DNA of 64,000 bases from an uncultured delta proteobacterium (GCA_963805315.1 CAWDTQ010000002.1:137694-201693), one strand, 5' to 3'. Counted from the stretch's first letter, positions 52,934 through 62,165 are shown. Notes: a model not told the origin generated them from the letters alone. Made by a program: numbers and translations.

Positions 52934-53908
52934 ATGGGTGACGTTCTGATTTTCGCGGAGCATCAGGGGGGACATTTCCCCAAGACTACGCTGACCGCGG
53001 TTCACGCGGGCCTCGACTTGGCGAAAAAGCGCGGCGGCAAAGCGATCGCGGTCGTCGCGGGCGACGCGCCCGACGCGGCGGCAGGCGAGATCGCCAAGTA
53101 CGGCGTCGCCAAGGTGATCGCGCTGGCGCATCCGGCGCTGAAGAACTATCTCGCCGACGCGCACGCTCAGGCGTTCGCCGCGCTGGCGAAAAAAGAAAAC
53201 GCGGAATTCGTGCTCGCGACCGCGACTGCGATGGGCAAGGATCTGTTTCCGCGGTTGGCCGCGCGCCTCGGCGCTCCGATGGCGTCGGAAATCACTGCGA
53301 TCAGCGACGATCACACATTCGTGCGCCCCACTTACGCCGGCAACGTGATGGCGACGGTCGAGCTCGACGGACCTATCAAGGTGCTGACCGTGCGCGGGAC
53401 GGCGTTCGACGCCGCCAAGGCAGGCGACACCGTTGCGCCGGTCGAAAAACAGAATGCCGAGATAGACGCGGGCGCGCTCAAAATGGAATTCGTTTCGTTC
53501 AACGCGACCAAGAGCGATCGCCCGCAACTCACCGAGGCGCGGATAATCGTGTCAGGCGGCCGCGGCCTCAAGTCCGGCGAAAACTTCAAGACCGTGCTCG
53601 AGCCGCTGGTCGACGAGATGGGCGCTGCGATGGGCGCGTCGCGCGCGGCGGTCGACGCGGGCTTCGTGCCGAACGACCTGCAAGTCGGGCAGACCGGCAA
53701 GGTGGTCGCGCCGGAACTCTACATCGCAGTCGGAATTTCAGGCGCGATTCAGCATCTGGCCGGGATGAAGGACTCGAAGGTCATCTGCGCAATCAACAAG
53801 GATGAAGAGGCGCCGATTTTCGCGGTCGCCGACTACGGCCTGGTCGCCGATCTGTTCAAGGCGGTGCCCGAGATGGCCGAGGAAATCAAAAAGCTCAAAC
53901 ATTCATGA
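52934..53908 (+). CDS. etfA: electron transfer flavoprotein alpha subunit
   Basis: 324 aa. FAD-binding C-terminal block PELYIAVGISGAIQHLAGMKDSKVICAINKDEEAPIF. Confidence 0.92.
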   Translation: MGDVLIFAEHQGGHFPKTTLTAVHAGLDLAKKRGGKAIAVVAGDAPDAAAGEIAKYGVAKVIALAHPALKNYLADAHAQAFAALAKKENAEFVLATATAMGKDLFPRLAARLGAPMASEITAISDDHTFVRPTYAGNVMATVELDGPIKVLTVRGTAFDAAKAGDTVAPVEKQNAEIDAGALKMEFVSFNATKSDRPQLTEARIIVSGGRGLKSGENFKTVLEPLVDEMGAAMGASRAAVDAGFVPNDLQVGQTGKVVAPELYIAVGISGAIQHLAGMKDSKVICAINKDEEAPIFAVADYGLVADLFKAVPEMAEEIKKLKHS

Positions 53909-53913
53909 TTTCA

Positions 53914-53980
53914 GCGGAACCCGCCGTGGGTTCCGCACCTCCTTGGGCAGGGGTGACCCCTGCACCCAGTGTTAAGAAGA
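53914..53980 (+). repeat. double-hairpin intergenic repeat, copy c
   Basis: Plus strand: gcggaaccc-gccgt-gggttccgc, an 11-nt spacer, gcagggg-tga-cccctgc, then acccagtgttaagaaga. Starts 5 nt after the etfA stop and ends 9 nt before the next ATG. Confidence 0.65.
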
Positions 53981-53989
53981 GGATGCGTA

Positions 53990-54950
53990 ATGGCCGAACT
54001 GCAGCACAAGTTTGTCAACACCAACGGGATTCGGATGCATTACGTCGAGCAGGGTGCGGGACCGCTCGTCGTGCTGTGCCACGGATGGCCGGAGTCGTGG
54101 TACTCGTGGCGGCATCAGATTCCCGCGCTCGCGGCGGCGGGTTTTCGCGTCGTCGCGCCCGACCAGCGCGGCTACGGGCAGACCGACGCGCCCGCGCCGA
54201 TCGAGTCGTACAACATCCTGAACCTGGTCGGCGATATCGTCGGGCTGGTCAACAGCCTCGGCGTCGAGTCGGCGGCGATCGTCGGTCATGATTGGGGCGC
54301 GCCGGTCGCGTGGAACTCGGCGCTGTTGCGCCCCGACATCTTTCGCGCGATCGCGCTGCTCAGCGTTCCGTATTTTCCGCGCGGTTCGATGCGTCCGACG
54401 GACGGGATGAAAGCTCTCGCGGGCGATCAGAATTTCTACCAGCTCTATTTCCAGGAGCCGGGCAAGGTCGAGAAGGAACTCGACGCCGATCCGCGCCGCT
54501 CGATGGCGATGATCCTCTACTCGGCGTCGGGCGACGTGCCGCGCGACCGGCGAATTCTCGTTCCTGTTCCCCAAGACGAAAAAGTTTATCGAGACCGGGA
54601 TGGTGCCCGACAAGCTGCCGCCATGGCTGACGGAGGCCGACCTGGATTTCTTTGCCGGCGAGTTCAAGCGCGCCGGCTTTCGCGGTGGAGTCAACTGGTA
54701 TCGCAATGCCGATCGCAACTGGGAGCTGACGCCGTTCCTCGACGGCGCCAAGCTGCGCCAGCCCGCGCTGTTCGCCGCCGGTGAGCATGACGTGGTCGGC
54801 AAAATGATTCCCGGCGGTTACGAGATTGCGGGTGCGTTCACGCCAAATTTGAAAAAGAAAGTGATCGTCCCCGGCGCCGGCCATTGGGTGCAGCAGGAGC
54901 GCCCCAAGGAGATCAACGAAGTCCTGATCGAGTTCTTAAAAGGTCTGTAG
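53990..54950 (+). CDS. alpha/beta hydrolase, soluble epoxide hydrolase-like; apparent +1 frame break near 54535-54545
   Basis: MAELQHKFVNTNGIRMHYVEQG...CHGWPESWYSWRHQ...GHDWGAPVAW in ORF 53969..54784, which is junk after ...YSASGDV. The next frame (open from 54513) reads ATGEFSFLFPKTKKFIETGMVPDKLPPWLTEADLDFFAGEF...GAGHWVQQERP and ends at 54950. Confidence 0.85.
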
Positions 54951-54962
54951 CACTTGTTTTCA

Positions 54963-55015
54963 GTGAAGACCGCCGTCGGTTTCAGCAGGGGGTGACCCCT
55001 GCACCCGACGCTGAA
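54963..55015 (+). repeat. double-hairpin intergenic repeat, copy d (shorter tail)
   Basis: Plus strand: gtgaagaccg-ccgt-cggtttca, gcaggggg-tga-cccctgc, then acccgacgctg. Lies between the hydrolase stop (54950) and ATG 55021. Confidence 0.6.
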
Positions 55016-55020
55016 AAAAT

Positions 55021-56289
55021 ATGCGCGCCACGTGCGTCAAATGGCTCAAATGGATGGTGGTGCTCGGCGCGCTTGCCGTCGCTGGATTGCGAGTGGGGGT
55101 TTGGAGCAGCGGTTCGCTATCTGAGAATGGAGCGGACAAACTTCCAGCCAGATCGCCAATCGCACTCGCTGACCTAGGACGGTCTCTCGACGCTGAGTTC
55201 GCACCAGTCTTGAAGGGCGGCTTGCTCAAGGAATCAACTGGTTGCGGCGTGACAATCGGCGTAATCGACCACGGCCAGCGCCGCGTGTTCAGTTACGGGA
55301 TTGCGCGCGCGGACTCCATTTTCGAGATCGGCTCGGTGACCAAGACCCTCACGGGCCTGGCGCTAGCGCAACTCGTAGAGCAGGGAAAAGTCGGGCTCAA
55401 CGAACCGGTGCGCCCGATTCTCTTTCCGGACATAGCTGCCAAGCCGGCAGTCACGGAAATGACGCTGCTCGATCTCGCGACGCATCGCTCGGGACTCCCA
55501 AGTGTTCCCGACAACCTTGATCCGAAGGATCCGAGCAACCCATTTGCCGACTACGACCGCGTCGCGTTGCACGAATTCATTGCGAGTCACGGCACAGCCA
55601 GACCCTCCGACGCGAAGTACTTGTACAGCAGCTTCGGTATCGGCCTGCTCGGATACACTCTAGCGCAGAGGGCCGGCGTTCCGTACACGGAACTGGTTAG
55701 AACCGAGATCACGGGACCGCTGCACATGAACGACACTGTCTTCACGCTCTCGCCGGAGCAAGAGCATCGGCTTATCCAGGGCCACGACACTATGCTGGAG
55801 CCGGTCGATGCGGGACTTCGCGAAGGCGGAATCTTCGCAGGCGCGGTAGGCGCGAAGTCGACGGCGGAGGACCTGCTCACCTATCTCGACGCCAATCTGC
55901 ATCCCGAGCGTTACGCCGGTGCCGCTCCGAGTTCACCCGGCGCGACAATGGCTGCCGCGTTCGCGCTGGACCATCAGCTCCGCGGAATCGTCAAGCAGAA
56001 TACGGAGGTGGCACTCGCGTGGTTGTATGACGTTCAGTCGGGCCGCTTCGAGCATGACGGCACGACTCCCGGATTTACGGCCCACGTCGAATTCGCGCCG
56101 GAGGAGGATCGCGGAATCGTCGTGCTCTACAACCGGATGGACGAGCAGCCGGGACAAGAAAGATTCGTCGATCGAGTCGCGGAGAATATCAATGAGCTGA
56201 TGTCGGGGAAGCCTGCGAGCCGGATCGATTTCATTTCCGAGAATGATCCGGCACTAGCCGCGCTATATCCAATTGATGATGACTTATAG
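55021..56289 (+). CDS. serine hydrolase of the class C beta-lactamase / PBP4* family, secreted
   Basis: 422 aa. Signal peptide, then the active-site motif FEIGSVTKTLTG (SxxK) and YSSFG (the YxN position). Confidence 0.8.
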   Translation: MRATCVKWLKWMVVLGALAVAGLRVGVWSSGSLSENGADKLPARSPIALADLGRSLDAEFAPVLKGGLLKESTGCGVTIGVIDHGQRRVFSYGIARADSIFEIGSVTKTLTGLALAQLVEQGKVGLNEPVRPILFPDIAAKPAVTEMTLLDLATHRSGLPSVPDNLDPKDPSNPFADYDRVALHEFIASHGTARPSDAKYLYSSFGIGLLGYTLAQRAGVPYTELVRTEITGPLHMNDTVFTLSPEQEHRLIQGHDTMLEPVDAGLREGGIFAGAVGAKSTAEDLLTYLDANLHPERYAGAAPSSPGATMAAAFALDHQLRGIVKQNTEVALAWLYDVQSGRFEHDGTTPGFTAHVEFAPEEDRGIVVLYNRMDEQPGQERFVDRVAENINELMSGKPASRIDFISENDPALAALYPIDDDL

Positions 56290-57610
56290 GCAGGCATCGG
56301 CCACGATGCGCACTGCGCGGTTGTTAGCTCGAACTGCTTTTCTGTTGATTGCTCCAACGGTGATAGTTGCGGCGCCGATAGAATCGCGTGCGCAAACTGC
56401 AGCGGCTCTATCGCCGAGCGCGTCGGCGAGTCCTGCGGCTGCGGAATTGAAGCCTGGGACTGTCATCAGCGCGGACAATGTCGAGCAGTACGCGCGCTAT
56501 GTCCCGGCTGCGGCCAAATTTGCAGTTGCGCATGGCTTTCGCATGAAAATTATCCCCGAGCGCCGCGTCGAATGGTCGCAGGGTTTTCAGCACGCGACCG
56601 AAAAATATTCTGCGCAGGTGTCACTCGACGGCGACGGGTACATCAAGAACTACATCGCCGGCATGCCTTTTCCTTTGATCGACGCCGGCGACCCGGCGGC
56701 CGCCGCGAAGATTGCCTACAACTGGCACATGGGACCGTTCATGCCGGACGATTTTTCGATCGCGCCATGGAGCAGCAATGCTTACGCCGCCGCTCCTGCC
56801 AACGCTCTGAAAATTGTTCCGAACAGCGATGCCGACTACGCCTGCGAGCAGTTCGAGTTCCTGCGCTTTGCCCATCGCACGGACGTCGATCCGCGCCCGA
56901 CGATTGGCGACAATGCGATGGGCGTCGAGTGGAAGGCGAAGTGCGATCGATGGATTGCCGATCTCTCCGGCACTCCCAGCGAAGGCGCCGGCATCTGGGT
57001 GCGTTATCTTGACGCCAAACATCCCGACGAATTTTTCTCGTTCAGTGAAGCCTCACGCCGCATCCGCCGCAGCGCAGTGAGCCTGGCCTATCCGAGCGAG
57101 GGCTGCCGCGGATGCCATCAACCGTTCTGGGCGTACGCCCTGCCCAAGACCGAGAACTATCAGTACCGCTTGCTCGGCACGACCACGATCCTCGCGTGCC
57201 TGGCGGCCGACGAAGAGCCGGCGGGATTCAAAACCGGCGCCGAAGGACTGACGCTGGGCGAGGAGCCGTTCGAACTTCGTCACGCGTACATTCTCGAGAT
57301 GCGTCCCCGATTCCCCGAAGGCGCGGAGGCGGCAATGCGTTCGATCATCTATATCGACAGCGAGGTGTACGTCTGGCTCGCGGCGGAGTTCCACGATTCG
57401 CGCGGCTTAACGGCGACGGCGATGCCGCTGTGGAGAATGCGACCGTCGTCGGAGGGTGGCAGCCTGTTCGACCTCGCAGGCAGCTTTTATCATCCCGAGG
57501 GCCGGGGATCGTTCTTCCGCTCGCTGGTTCCGGCTCACAATGAATTCAACCAGTCGATTAACGTCGGCAGCGTCACCGAAGGCGCGTTCAATCCACAAAT
57601 GATGCATTGA
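56273..57610 (+). CDS. DUF1329 domain protein (LolA-like outer-membrane lipoprotein-sorting fold), secreted
   Basis: 445 aa. The signal peptide is best from ATG 56306 (MRTARLLARTAFLLIAP...). KPGTVISADNVEQYARYVPAAAKFAVAHGFRMKIIP and YIAGMPFP are typical family blocks. Confidence 0.7.
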   Translation: MMMTYRQASATMRTARLLARTAFLLIAPTVIVAAPIESRAQTAAALSPSASASPAAAELKPGTVISADNVEQYARYVPAAAKFAVAHGFRMKIIPERRVEWSQGFQHATEKYSAQVSLDGDGYIKNYIAGMPFPLIDAGDPAAAAKIAYNWHMGPFMPDDFSIAPWSSNAYAAAPANALKIVPNSDADYACEQFEFLRFAHRTDVDPRPTIGDNAMGVEWKAKCDRWIADLSGTPSEGAGIWVRYLDAKHPDEFFSFSEASRRIRRSAVSLAYPSEGCRGCHQPFWAYALPKTENYQYRLLGTTTILACLAADEEPAGFKTGAEGLTLGEEPFELRHAYILEMRPRFPEGAEAAMRSIIYIDSEVYVWLAAEFHDSRGLTATAMPLWRMRPSSEGGSLFDLAGSFYHPEGRGSFFRSLVPAHNEFNQSINVGSVTEGAFNPQMMH

Positions 57611-57720
57611 CGCGCTGATTTGACCGACTGTTACATTTTAGAGCGCGCGAAGATTCCTGCTTGCTGTAAGCGTGCCGGAACTATATATAGCTCACCTGTT
57701 ACAGAAGGGGCGGTCCGGCG

Positions 57721-57990
57721 ATGTCTTACGAATATCCGTTTGCCTCAGCCAGCGAACAGCTGAAGCTTAGTGTGTGGGCGAAAGGCAAAATCGACGACGG
57801 CTACAATGGGAGCTTCTATCGTCGTGATGCGTTCGGTACCTGGATGCAGTACACCGCCCATGGTGACACGTTGTCGCACTTCGGTTGGGAGATCGCTCGT
57901 ATCACGCCGCTCGCGAAAGGCGGAACCGACGACCTTTCGAATCTGCAACCGCTCCAGTGGCAGAACAGCCGACGCAACTCCAACAACTGA
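57721..57990 (+). CDS. small HNH-nuclease-like protein with substituted catalytic dyad
   Basis: 89 aa. The C-terminal HNH-type block is GWEIARITPLAKGGTDDLSNLQPLQWQNSRRN. Where this family normally has D-H (GWEIDHI), the sequence has A-R. Confidence 0.6.
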   Translation: MSYEYPFASASEQLKLSVWAKGKIDDGYNGSFYRRDAFGTWMQYTAHGDTLSHFGWEIARITPLAKGGTDDLSNLQPLQWQNSRRNSNN

Positions 57991-58179
57991 CGCCGAGCTG
58001 TCTCGGAGTGCAGCGCGCACAGTTGATTCGCGGCAGTCGCGCGGATAGTCTCGACCCATTCCTGAAGGGAGAGACTGAAGGCGTGCGGAAATAACTACTC
58101 CATCGTTCGTGTCTTAGGACAACGGCTCGCGCGGCGACGTTCTTTTCACTTCGCGCGGGTGTTTTGTGGAGCAGTTACG

Positions 58180-59679
58180 ATGTTCGTGCGAATTTCGGGT
58201 CTCTCTTTTTCATATACCGATTCAGTTTCCACCCTGACCGACGTGACGCTCACGCTCGCGACCGGATGGACGGGTGTGGTCGGGCCTAACGGCGCCGGCA
58301 AGACCACGCTGCTGCGCCTGATCGCAGGCGAGCTCGAGCCGGCGGCCGGCCACGTCAATCTCGATCCACCGCGCGGCGCGATTCGAGCGTGTGCGCAGAC
58401 GGTCGAGGCGATGACGCCGGAAATAGCAGCGTTCGCGCGCGCGACTGACGGCGTAGCGCGGCGAATCCACGGCGAGCTGCGGCTCGACGCGGCGGCGCTC
58501 GCTCGATGGCCGACGCTGTCGCCGGGCGAGCGCAAGCGATGGCAGGTTGGCGCGGCGCTCGGCGCGGAGCCGGCCGTGCTGATGCTCGACGAACCGACCG
58601 ATCATCTGGACGTCGAGGCGCGCGAACTGCTGATAGCGGGCCTCGAGCGCTTTCGCGGTGTCGGAATAATGGTTTCGCACGATCGCGCGCTGCTCGATCG
58701 AATTACCAGCTACACGGTGCGCGTGCATGACGGCGCCGCGCGCATCTGGCGCGGCGGCTACTCCGACGCGAAGCGCGCGTGGGAAGCCGAGGAGCGCGAG
58801 CGCTGCGCGGACTACGAACGCCTGAAGCGTCAGCGGGAAAATCTCGCGCGGCGGCTCGCCGACAAACGGCGCCTGGCAATGTCGGCCGAGGCTGAGGCTA
58901 ACGCGGGTACCCGCAAGCGGATGAAGTTCCGCGGCGATCACGACGCCACCAGCATGTTCGCAAAGGGCAAGGCGCGGATGGCGTCAGAAAGAATTTCCCG
59001 CGACGCGGCCGTGCTGCGCGCGAGCGTCGATCGCGTGTCGGAAAAACTTGGCGAGTACAGGTTTCGCAAGGCCAAGGGGCGCTCGATCTTCGTCGACTAC
59101 GTGCCGGCTCCCGTGGCCAAGGCTTTCACGATCGACGAGGCGGCGATTTTCGCGGGCGATGCGCGAATCCTCGAAGACGTGCATCTCGCCGTGCTGCGCG
59201 ATGCAAAAATTCGCGTCACCGGCCCCAACGGAATCGGCAAGAGCACGCTGCTCTCGGCGATGCTGCGCGGGGCGCATGTCGCGGCGGAGCGAATCCTATA
59301 TCTGCCGCAGGAACTCACCGCGCGCGACGGTATCGCGATGCTCGACCAGGTCCGCGATCTGAACCCCGACGCGCGCGGACGCGTGCTCACTCTCGTCGCC
59401 GCGCTCGGCGTCGATCCCGACAGGCTGCTCGAGTCGGCCGCGCCCTCGCCCGGCGAAGCGCGCAAGCTCGCGATGGCGTATGGGCTGGGGCGGCAGGTTT
59501 GGGCGATGGTGCTCGACGAGCCGACCAATCATCTCGACATGCCCGCGATCGAACGCCTCGAGGATGCGCTGGTCGAGTATCCGGGCGCGATGGTGATCGT
59601 GACGCATGACGACGCACTCGCGCGAAGGTGCACAAGCGTCGAGTGGCGGCTGGACGGCGGACGGGTCGAGGTAAGATGA
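58180..59679 (+). CDS. ABC-F family ATPase (two tandem nucleotide-binding domains, no TM domain)
   Basis: NBD1: [38 protein letters not shown] charged linker follows. NBD2: [39 protein letters not shown] 58180 follows a GGAG RBS. Confidence 0.85.
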   Translation: MFVRISGLSFSYTDSVSTLTDVTLTLATGWTGVVGPNGAGKTTLLRLIAGELEPAAGHVNLDPPRGAIRACAQTVEAMTPEIAAFARATDGVARRIHGELRLDAAALARWPTLSPGERKRWQVGAALGAEPAVLMLDEPTDHLDVEARELLIAGLERFRGVGIMVSHDRALLDRITSYTVRVHDGAARIWRGGYSDAKRAWEAEERERCADYERLKRQRENLARRLADKRRLAMSAEAEANAGTRKRMKFRGDHDATSMFAKGKARMASERISRDAAVLRASVDRVSEKLGEYRFRKAKGRSIFVDYVPAPVAKAFTIDEAAIFAGDARILEDVHLAVLRDAKIRVTGPNGIGKSTLLSAMLRGAHVAAERILYLPQELTARDGIAMLDQVRDLNPDARGRVLTLVAALGVDPDRLLESAAPSPGEARKLAMAYGLGRQVWAMVLDEPTNHLDMPAIERLEDALVEYPGAMVIVTHDDALARRCTSVEWRLDGGRVEVR

Positions 59680-59943
59680 CAATCCCATCTCCCTGACAGT
59701 GTTACCCATGTCTCCGCTACCATCGACGTCATACAAGGATGACAACCGATGCCGGCAGCGTAGGAAGGGATGAACTTTTCAGCCTGACCCTCACGCGCGT
59801 GATGTGCTACAGATCTGGTAATGGACAACACGCGCATACATCGCCCAGCCACGCGCGACGTGAAATGTAATTTTGACGGAACGAACCCACCCCTAAGTGG
59901 TGCACCCTTCTCTGGACCACTATATGTAGTGTCTACTCAAGGA

Positions 59944-61326
59944 CTAGCGCGTCAATTCGATCACGCTCGCGCCTGCGGCTGCGTGCAGCACGGCGCGTCG
60001 GCTTTCAACCGGCTCGCCGGGGTACAGCTTCGCGTAGTATCCCCGATCGATCGATTCGATCACGGTATCCGCGCTCGCCACGTCGCACAGCGCGACAATC
60101 GAGCCGCCGAAACCCGCGCCCGTCAGCCGCGCGCCGAACGCGCCGCCGCGCCGCGCACATTCCACGATTGCGTCGAGCCGCGCCGTGCTGCATTCGAAGT
60201 CGTCGGCGAGGCTCTGATGCGACGCGTTCATCAGCTTTCCCATTTCATCGAGGCGCCCCGCCTCGAGCATGTCCGCCGCGCGAATCACCCGCTCGGTTTC
60301 GCTCAAGACATGTCGCGCGCGTTTCAAAATTTCCAGCGGGCGATTGGAATCGACTAACGTGCGAGTCGATCCATTGCCAAGCAACTCCGCTTCGAGTATC
60401 GACTGCGAGACATCGAGGATGTTCGCAGCCTCTTTCAGATCCGCGCCGAGCCGCGGCGGCGACGACTCCGCGAGTTTCTCGACGAGCTCCGCCGCGGTCC
60501 AACCCGGTATCGCGCGAACCACGTCGCCGAGGATCTTCACGCCGTCGAGCTTGAGCGCGCGCCCGAGGATTCGCGCCGCCAACGCGCACTCCACCACCCG
60601 CCGATTGTATTCCGCGCGCACCTTCCCCGACTTGTCCGCGACTTCCCGGCTGTCCGCCACGACAATCGCCGCGTTCGCCGGCATCTTCACCATGCGCACG
60701 CGGATCGGATCGAACTCGATGAACAGTGCGTGGTCGCGACGCCCAAGAATCGATGCCGACTGGTCCATCGCGCCCCCGCGCGTCCCGACGTACCATTCGC
60801 TGCGCGCAACCATCGTTGCGGCGTCGATCGGCTCGAGTTCGAGTTCGTTGATCGCCATGAATGCCAGCGCGGTCGAAACTGTCAGCGCTGACGATGACGA
60901 CAAGCCCGCGGCCGGCGGCACGCGGCTGCCCACGACCATCGACGCGCCGCGCCATTTGCCGCGCGCATCGAAGCGATCGATCACGCCCTGGATCGCGGCC
61001 TTCACGTAGTTCGCCCAATCGCCGGTTGCGTACGGCGGAATCTGTCTCTCGATCGCGAAGCGTCGCGAGGGCCACGCGGCGTCGGCGTTCATCAGTTCGA
61101 TTTCGTTTTCAATCGTCGCGGCGGCGACGACGATTGTCGATCGGTCGATCGCTACGGGCAGCACCGGCAAGCCGCTGTAGTCCGTATGCTCGCCGATCAG
61201 ATTGACGCGGCCGGGCGCGCGAGCCGCGAAGGTTCGCGCTTCTGCGCCAACGCTAACGCGAACCTTGGCCGCGAGTCGTTCAGCGCGCGCCAACTCTGCG
61301 GCGTCCCATCCGTCGGGGATACTCAT
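59944..61326 (-). CDS. galactokinase-family GHMP sugar-1-kinase
   Basis: GRVNLIGEHTDYSGLPVLPVAI (galactokinase signature), PPAAGLSSSSALTV (GHMP motif II) and TGAGFGGS (motif III). ATG 61326 overlaps the upstream gene's stop (ATGA). Confidence 0.85.
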   Translation of the reverse strand: MSIPDGWDAAELARAERLAAKVRVSVGAEARTFAARAPGRVNLIGEHTDYSGLPVLPVAIDRSTIVVAAATIENEIELMNADAAWPSRRFAIERQIPPYATGDWANYVKAAIQGVIDRFDARGKWRGASMVVGSRVPPAAGLSSSSALTVSTALAFMAINELELEPIDAATMVARSEWYVGTRGGAMDQSASILGRRDHALFIEFDPIRVRMVKMPANAAIVVADSREVADKSGKVRAEYNRRVVECALAARILGRALKLDGVKILGDVVRAIPGWTAAELVEKLAESSPPRLGADLKEAANILDVSQSILEAELLGNGSTRTLVDSNRPLEILKRARHVLSETERVIRAADMLEAGRLDEMGKLMNASHQSLADDFECSTARLDAIVECARRGGAFGARLTGAGFGGSIVALCDVASADTVIESIDRGYYAKLYPGEPVESRRAVLHAAAGASVIELTR

Positions 61327-62090
61327 CGCCGCTTCCTCTTCGGCTTGAACCACGCGCGCGCCGCCTCGAGATCTTCCGGCGTGCCGACGTCGCTCCAGAA
61401 TCCGCGCATATCAACCGCGCGCACGACGCGGCCGTCGCCGATCATCTGCGTGATCGCACCCGGGAGTTCGAGTTCGCCGCGCACCGACGGCTTCAGCCGC
61501 GCGAGGTAGTCGAAAAGTATCTGGCTGCTTGCGAACAGTCCCGCGTTGTTCCATTCGGTCTTCGCGGTTCCCCTCGCCGGCTTTTCATCGAGCCGCTCGA
61601 CTATCATATCCGGTGTCACGTACACGGCGGCGCCTCGAAACGGATCCTTGACGCGATTCACCGCCAGCATCAAATCGTACTCATCGACGCGCGCGTGATG
61701 GATGAAGCGTGGATAGTTGGCGCGGTCCATCAGGATGTCGCCCCATCCGAAAACGAAGCGATCCTGGCCGCTGAGATGCGCCTTCGCCGCGAGCATCGCG
61801 CCGCCAGTTCCGTTCAGTTCCGGCTGCCTGACGGTCGTTAGTTTGATTCCCGGATTTTCGTGCCGATAAGTTTTCGCCCATCCTTCGATTTGCTCTGACC
61901 GGTAGCCGGTCACGACGATGAAGTGAGTCAGTCCCGCGCCCGCAAGCACGTCGACGATGTGCGAAATCAGCGGCGCGCCGGCGATGTCGAGGATCGGTTT
62001 CGGAGTGTCGTCCGTCAACGCGCCCAGGCGTTTGCCGCGCCCCGCCGCCAGCAGCACCGCCGTCGAGATTTCCCTTGCCACGCCGCTCAA
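61323..62090 (-). CDS. sugar-1-phosphate nucleotidylyltransferase (NTP_transferase family)
   Basis: Only the C-terminal ~255 codons of track ORF 61323..63362 are protein-like: AVLLAAGRGKRLGALTDDTPKPILDIAG...VVTGYRSEQI...GTGGA. The start is TTG 62090 or GTG 62081. Upstream of that, the ORF is antisense to ribBA. Confidence 0.8.
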   Translation of the reverse strand: MSGVAREISTAVLLAAGRGKRLGALTDDTPKPILDIAGAPLISHIVDVLAGAGLTHFIVVTGYRSEQIEGWAKTYRHENPGIKLTTVRQPELNGTGGAMLAAKAHLSGQDRFVFGWGDILMDRANYPRFIHHARVDEYDLMLAVNRVKDPFRGAAVYVTPDMIVERLDEKPARGTAKTEWNNAGLFASSQILFDYLARLKPSVRGELELPGAITQMIGDGRVVRAVDMRGFWSDVGTPEDLEAARAWFKPKRKRR

Positions 62091-62165
62091 GATAGCACCA
62101 CGCGGGCATTCAAGTGTGCTTGGCTGGCGGTATATAGTTGGGTAAGAGTTTAGCGAGAGCCGCAG

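Noticed and set aside
57721-59679. The HNH protein plus ATPase considered as a Septu-like (PtuA/PtuB) or other ABC-ATPase/nuclease defence pair.
   Set aside because: The ATPase is a canonical two-NBD ABC-F protein with a charged interdomain linker, not a PtuA/AAA_15-type ATPase. The HNH-like protein lacks the catalytic dyad. The genes are separated by 190 nt with no sign of coupling.
59700-59709. The 10-mer tgttacccat (reverse complement atgggtaaca), identical to the core of the 23-nt motif at 38.85 kb, with a ccggcat string about 45 nt away. It was considered as a further copy of that element.
   Set aside because: The match is only 10 nt, for which I estimate roughly 0.1 chance hits in this window, and the surrounding sequence does not align. 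That is too weak to claim without a genome-wide search.
62091-62165. A possible FMN riboswitch upstream of the ribBA-like gene.
   Set aside because: The leader is only about 75 nt, whereas the RFN element needs about 130-150 nt. None of the conserved RFN core strings are present.
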